Assembly (NCBI GenBank): GCA_964594415.1
Contig: CAZQLQ010000001.1
Location: 28,850-92,849 of the forward strand
Length of the DNA stretch: 64,000 nt
Source of the DNA: an uncultured Candidatus Saccharibacteria bacterium
GTDB taxonomy: Bacteria > Patescibacteriota > CPR2 > UBA1875 > CAIMLA01
Direction: 5' to 3'
The notes under the pieces were generated by a model, which worked only from the letters and a program-made list of their open reading frames with translations, was not told the origin of the DNA and did not search any database. Positions within the stretch are counted from its first letter, which is position 1. Each line of letters opens with the position of its first letter. The position numbers were made by a program, and so were the translations under genes. This document shows, piece by piece, positions 61,601 to 64,000 of this stretch.

Positions 61601-63108
61601 AAACTACACCTACAACCAGTACCACAACCACGACAACCAGAGAAGAAACAGCAGAAAAGTCAAACTCTTCTTCGGAGAGCGATTCAGATAATAATAATCA
61701 TGACGGATTCTTTAAAACCATTAAATCCTATGTCGTAGCTTTTCTTTCTACCTCATCCGATGCAATAGCTAAAGTAAACTACAAGATAACCTCATACTTC
61801 ACTTCTTCAAAGGGTCTTGGTAACTTTTTGGGGATGGTTCCTCCTGCCCTAGCCAGAGTGTTCCCTTGGCTACTTTTCGCCCTCCTTATCTATCTTATCC
61901 GCAGATTAATCAAACAAACCAAGGAAGAAGGTAAGAACGCTCAAGAGATGATAAAGCTTATCGATCTCGAGAAAGCTATCGGAGTCCAGAAAGAAAACTT
62001 CGTCAGATTATCTTCTCATTACCTAAGAACCCCGTTAACAATCATCTCTACTGGCATTGATCTTATGTTTACCCTGGATAAAGTTGAGAAAGAAAAGCAA
62101 ACCGACCTCTCAAACGCCCTTAAAGACCTAAATACCAAAGTAGAGGAGATCTTTTCTGATATATCCTCTAATAGATATCTAAACGAGATAACTATTCCAG
62201 ATATTAAAGAGGAGAAGATCAAGATTTATGCCTCTCCTTACTTATGGCTACCGATCATCCTAATCGGAGGTATCTCCCTTCTTACCAACTACTTGTTTAT
62301 CAATATCGCCAAGATTGATCTCTACACTATTAATCTTATGACCGAAGTAGCTGCCTTTCTCGTTCTTGCTCAGCTTTTCTTTTCTAACTTCAGGAAACGC
62401 CAAACCCAAAGGATCAAGAATCAAAAATATGAGAAAGAGCTTAAGCTTCAGAAAGTCATCGATGATGCTAGAAATACCTTCATGGAGCAAGTTGCAAGGG
62501 ATGTTAATGCAAAAATGATTCCGTTAGAAACCGTCCTTCCTTCGGTAGGTCAAACAGAACACAAGACTGAGATATACAAAGGCCTCTCCGACCTAAAGCA
62601 GATGATCTACAAATTCACGCTGATTAGCAGTATCAAATCCGAAGGAGCCCTTATTAAACCGAGAGAAATTGACCTATACCGAACAGTCAACGATTATATC
62701 AAGGCTAGGCAAGAAGATATAAAGGCAAAGGGGATTAAGGTTAAACTTTCTAAATCGGACACAATCATAATAACTGACAAAGATAAGTTCTTGTTCATTA
62801 TCTTCAGTATCATCGATAACGCTATCAAGTTTTCTAAAGACAAAGGAAGCATCATTATCAACTGGGAGACAGTAGATAATCGAACTACCATAACCGTGGA
62901 AGACGACGGAATTGGAATGACTGAAGAAGCCAAAGACCTTCTCTTTAAGCCTTTCGTTAGGGGAACATCTACCCTTAGATTTGATTATGAAGGCATGGGT
63001 ACTAACCTTTATATCGCCAAACAGATAGCCAATTATTTAAACGGAGATATTTCCCTAGAATCAGAGATAGATAAAGGAACGAAGGTGAGTGTGGTTTTAA
63101 ACAAATAA
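58696..63108 (+). CDS. giant sensor histidine kinase with an RCC1-repeat beta-propeller array plus a Big-like domain (paralog of 44188-48414)
   Basis: A GTG start 7 nt after GGAGGG. An RCC1-like repeat array (GTVWCWGxNxxGQLGDG), then an Ig-like segment (TITVTIHDTDDNPYTSGGDTVTV..). The linker/TM/HisKA/HATPase module is identical to the paralog. Confidence 0.75.
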   Translation: MLSIKPRLASLYKKKCSDIKDFKVTKKFEYFVFFAFFISLLSSQAYLPAILKSDLLKIKTVLADGTPVQVSAGNGHACIVKSDGTVWCWGANYYGQLGDSTDETRHTPIQVVGVGGIGFLTDIVAVNAGWQHTCGLKNDGTVYCWGDNADGELGNNDYTDSYVPVQVLGVGGTGFLNDIKAIGAGYNDSCALTNSGLMYCWGDNADGQLGDNSTTGSPVPVQVVGAGGAGFLNDISKIELGLGHACAVKNDGTAYCWGDSYTPLGDGTSNSSQVPVQVVGVGGVGFLSNIADITTDDGFSCALTNDGYVYCWGDNGDGQLGDGNGGTYGDESLTPVQVLGVGGVGLLSNIQHISNGTMHACALDSGGNVYCWGWKEETGTNDGSWDPQTTPIQTHGLEDVGFLSDIFTFAAGDYFTVAIDTAGTVYSWGENYEGDLGDWTEVDRYVPVKVVSSASSAGYLDNVVGVGTADDGSCIIKDDGTVWCWGNGEPVPVQLRGPGGVGFFEDAVSISKSAMGNHFCVVKSDGTVWCWGSNSDGQLGDGTTTSSYDYPIQVVGEGGVGYLTDVKMVSGAYFGTCALKNDGTVWCWGYNGGGALGNNSTTDVYTPVQVHGVNDVGFLTDIKYISTGGYHGCAIKTDDSLYCWGSNSSGQLGDNTTLNKLTPIQVLGAGGIGNLTDVRSVAMGWLHTCASKNDGTAYCWGRNYAGQVGNGVIGGFGSHVDAPSQVIGVGGVGYLTGVDTVAASRDGSYAKMLDDTAFYWGGTPTQRSGVEDEQYLVNVADIAGGYSHLVSLLNDGTVYCTGWGSGNGWDSDSLVWSGINACYFNAYGDPICSSGPSPSQSAANSVISGSETGNLVTITVTIHDTDDNPYTSGGDTVTVLITGANPSTPSVIDNSDGTYTVTYTSTSDGTDIVTATLNGVAIGNDTDGVSDGVYHLNVTAPFSPTPTTTKPKSSPLTPFQPVDENIADETTPTTSTTTTTTREETAEKSNSSSESDSDNNNHDGFFKTIKSYVVAFLSTSSDAIAKVNYKITSYFTSSKGLGNFLGMVPPALARVFPWLLFALLIYLIRRLIKQTKEEGKNAQEMIKLIDLEKAIGVQKENFVRLSSHYLRTPLTIISTGIDLMFTLDKVEKEKQTDLSNALKDLNTKVEEIFSDISSNRYLNEITIPDIKEEKIKIYASPYLWLPIILIGGISLLTNYLFINIAKIDLYTINLMTEVAAFLVLAQLFFSNFRKRQTQRIKNQKYEKELKLQKVIDDARNTFMEQVARDVNAKMIPLETVLPSVGQTEHKTEIYKGLSDLKQMIYKFTLISSIKSEGALIKPREIDLYRTVNDYIKARQEDIKAKGIKVKLSKSDTIIITDKDKFLFIIFSIIDNAIKFSKDKGSIIINWETVDNRTTITVEDDGIGMTEEAKDLLFKPFVRGTSTLRFDYEGMGTNLYIAKQIANYLNGDISLESEIDKGTKVSVVLNK
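61523..63097 (+). repeat. second copy of the 1575-bp identical block
   Basis: See 46811-48385. Confidence 0.85.
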
Positions 63109-63181
63109 TCGGTTGTATCTATTTGTACTAGTCAATTTTTATTAATAACAATTTTTTGTTAAAATATAATCTGGAGGATCA

Positions 63182-64000
63182 ATGAATTCTTTGGATATTA
63201 TAGCAGTGGGCTTTTTGCTATACTTTATGTTTTTGGGCTATTTGAGAGGTTTTATCCGGCAGTCTATTAGTCTTGCGACTTTTTTGATTTCTTTTTTTAT
63301 GTCGATAACTTTTTATTCAAGATTAGGAAGTTTTTTCGCCTTTCAATATGAAATGCCACAAGAGATTGCCAATGTTGTGTCTTTCTTTTTCATTTGGTTT
63401 GCTTTCCAGTTTCTTTTTTTCATACCAGTTGTTATTTTTTACCCCAAGATACCGAAAGAGCTCACGGAGAAGAATTGGAACCGCTGGGGAGGGCTGTTTC
63501 CCGCCTTTGTTAAAGGTGTGGTCTTGTTGCTATTTTTTCTAGGAACGGTAAATATCTTTCCGGTAAGTGGAAACGATTATATCAATGACCTCATGAATGG
63601 TTCTTTTGTAGGAAGGGAATCTCTAAAGACTTCTAAATTTATTGAAAATTATGTTGATGATATTTTTGGGGAAGCGATAAGCGAGGCAGCTAACTTCTTG
63701 GTAGTCAAACAAGAGAATGACGAGTATTACGAACTTGATTTCAAAGTTTCTAGTCCGGGAACCGATGCTGTATCTGAGAATACTATGCTAGAGCTAATTA
63801 ATAGAGAGAGGGTGGCAAATGATCTCACCCCTCTAGTCATGGATGAGTCTCTAAGAAAGGTAGCTCGGGAACAATCCTTGGATATGCTTGTAAGGGGATA
63901 CTTTTCTCACACTAATCCTGAGGGCGAGTCCCCCTTTGATCGAATGGATGAAGCGGGGATTGAGTATATGATTGCAGGTGAGAATTTGGCTTTAGCACCA
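63182..64000 (+). CDS. CvpA-family membrane protein fused to a CAP/SCP (YkwD-like) domain; 3' end lies outside the window
   Basis: The ORF is absent from the track because it has no stop within the window. The N-terminus MNSLDIIAVGFLLYFMFLGYLRGFIRQ resembles CvpA. Later, YFSHTNPEGESPFDRMDEAGIEY..AGENLA resembles the CAP domain. Confidence 0.55.
   Translation, partial: MNSLDIIAVGFLLYFMFLGYLRGFIRQSISLATFLISFFMSITFYSRLGSFFAFQYEMPQEIANVVSFFFIWFAFQFLFFIPVVIFYPKIPKELTEKNWNRWGGLFPAFVKGVVLLLFFLGTVNIFPVSGNDYINDLMNGSFVGRESLKTSKFIENYVDDIFGEAISEAANFLVVKQENDEYYELDFKVSSPGTDAVSENTMLELINRERVANDLTPLVMDESLRKVAREQSLDMLVRGYFSHTNPEGESPFDRMDEAGIEYMIAGENLALAP

Overview
This is a low-GC bacterial window of about 64 kb. 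It has the style of a reduced Patescibacteria/CPR-like genome, with many Thr-rich membrane-anchored surface proteins, a minimal fermentative metabolism and few regulators; that taxonomic placement is my inference. Along the + strand the window contains the features below.

- **1-2 kb:** a 5'-truncated acetate kinase gene, followed by an island of dispersed GC-rich hairpin repeats with two hypothetical genes. One of these genes ends in a (GGN)22 poly-glycine microsatellite.
- **1.7-3.6 kb:** a THUMP-domain RNA methyltransferase gene on the minus strand, then tRNA-Arg(TCT) and tRNA-Lys(CTT).
- **3.7-10.2 kb:** a membrane-anchored thioredoxin-like gene, an orphan receiver-only response regulator, an acyl-CoA ligase, an ABC ATPase with ABC-2 permease, and a ThiF/E1-like adenylyltransferase.
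- **10.2-15.5 kb:** two sensor histidine kinases flanking a Thr-rich surface protein.
- **15.5-18.7 kb:** a minus-strand cluster with a type IV pilin and uncharacterised membrane proteins.
- **18.8-19.7 kb:** an ASCH-domain gene and tRNA-Glu(TTC) with decayed tandem copies of its 3' end.
- **22.5-41.2 kb:** a long glycolytic/fermentative block. It runs gap, pgk, tpiA, class II fba, PEP synthase, enolase, gpmI, a PfkB-family sugar kinase, ADP-forming acetyl-CoA synthetase and a four-subunit 2-oxoacid:ferredoxin oxidoreductase.
- **41.2-41.9 kb:** a second repeat island that includes two 112-bp near-identical direct repeats.
- **41.9-58.6 kb:** pcrA/uvrD and housekeeping genes (ksgA, acylphosphatase, rsmI, metG, tatD, iscS, iscU).
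- **44.2-48.4 kb and 58.7-63.1 kb:** two giant paralogous genes. Each encodes an N-terminal array of RCC1-like beta-propeller repeats, a Thr/Pro linker, transmembrane segments and a C-terminal HisKA/HATPase kinase. Their last ~1.58 kb are nucleotide-identical.
- **63.2-64 kb:** a CvpA-CAP fusion gene that runs off the end of the window.

No CRISPR array, integrase or transposase is recognisable.
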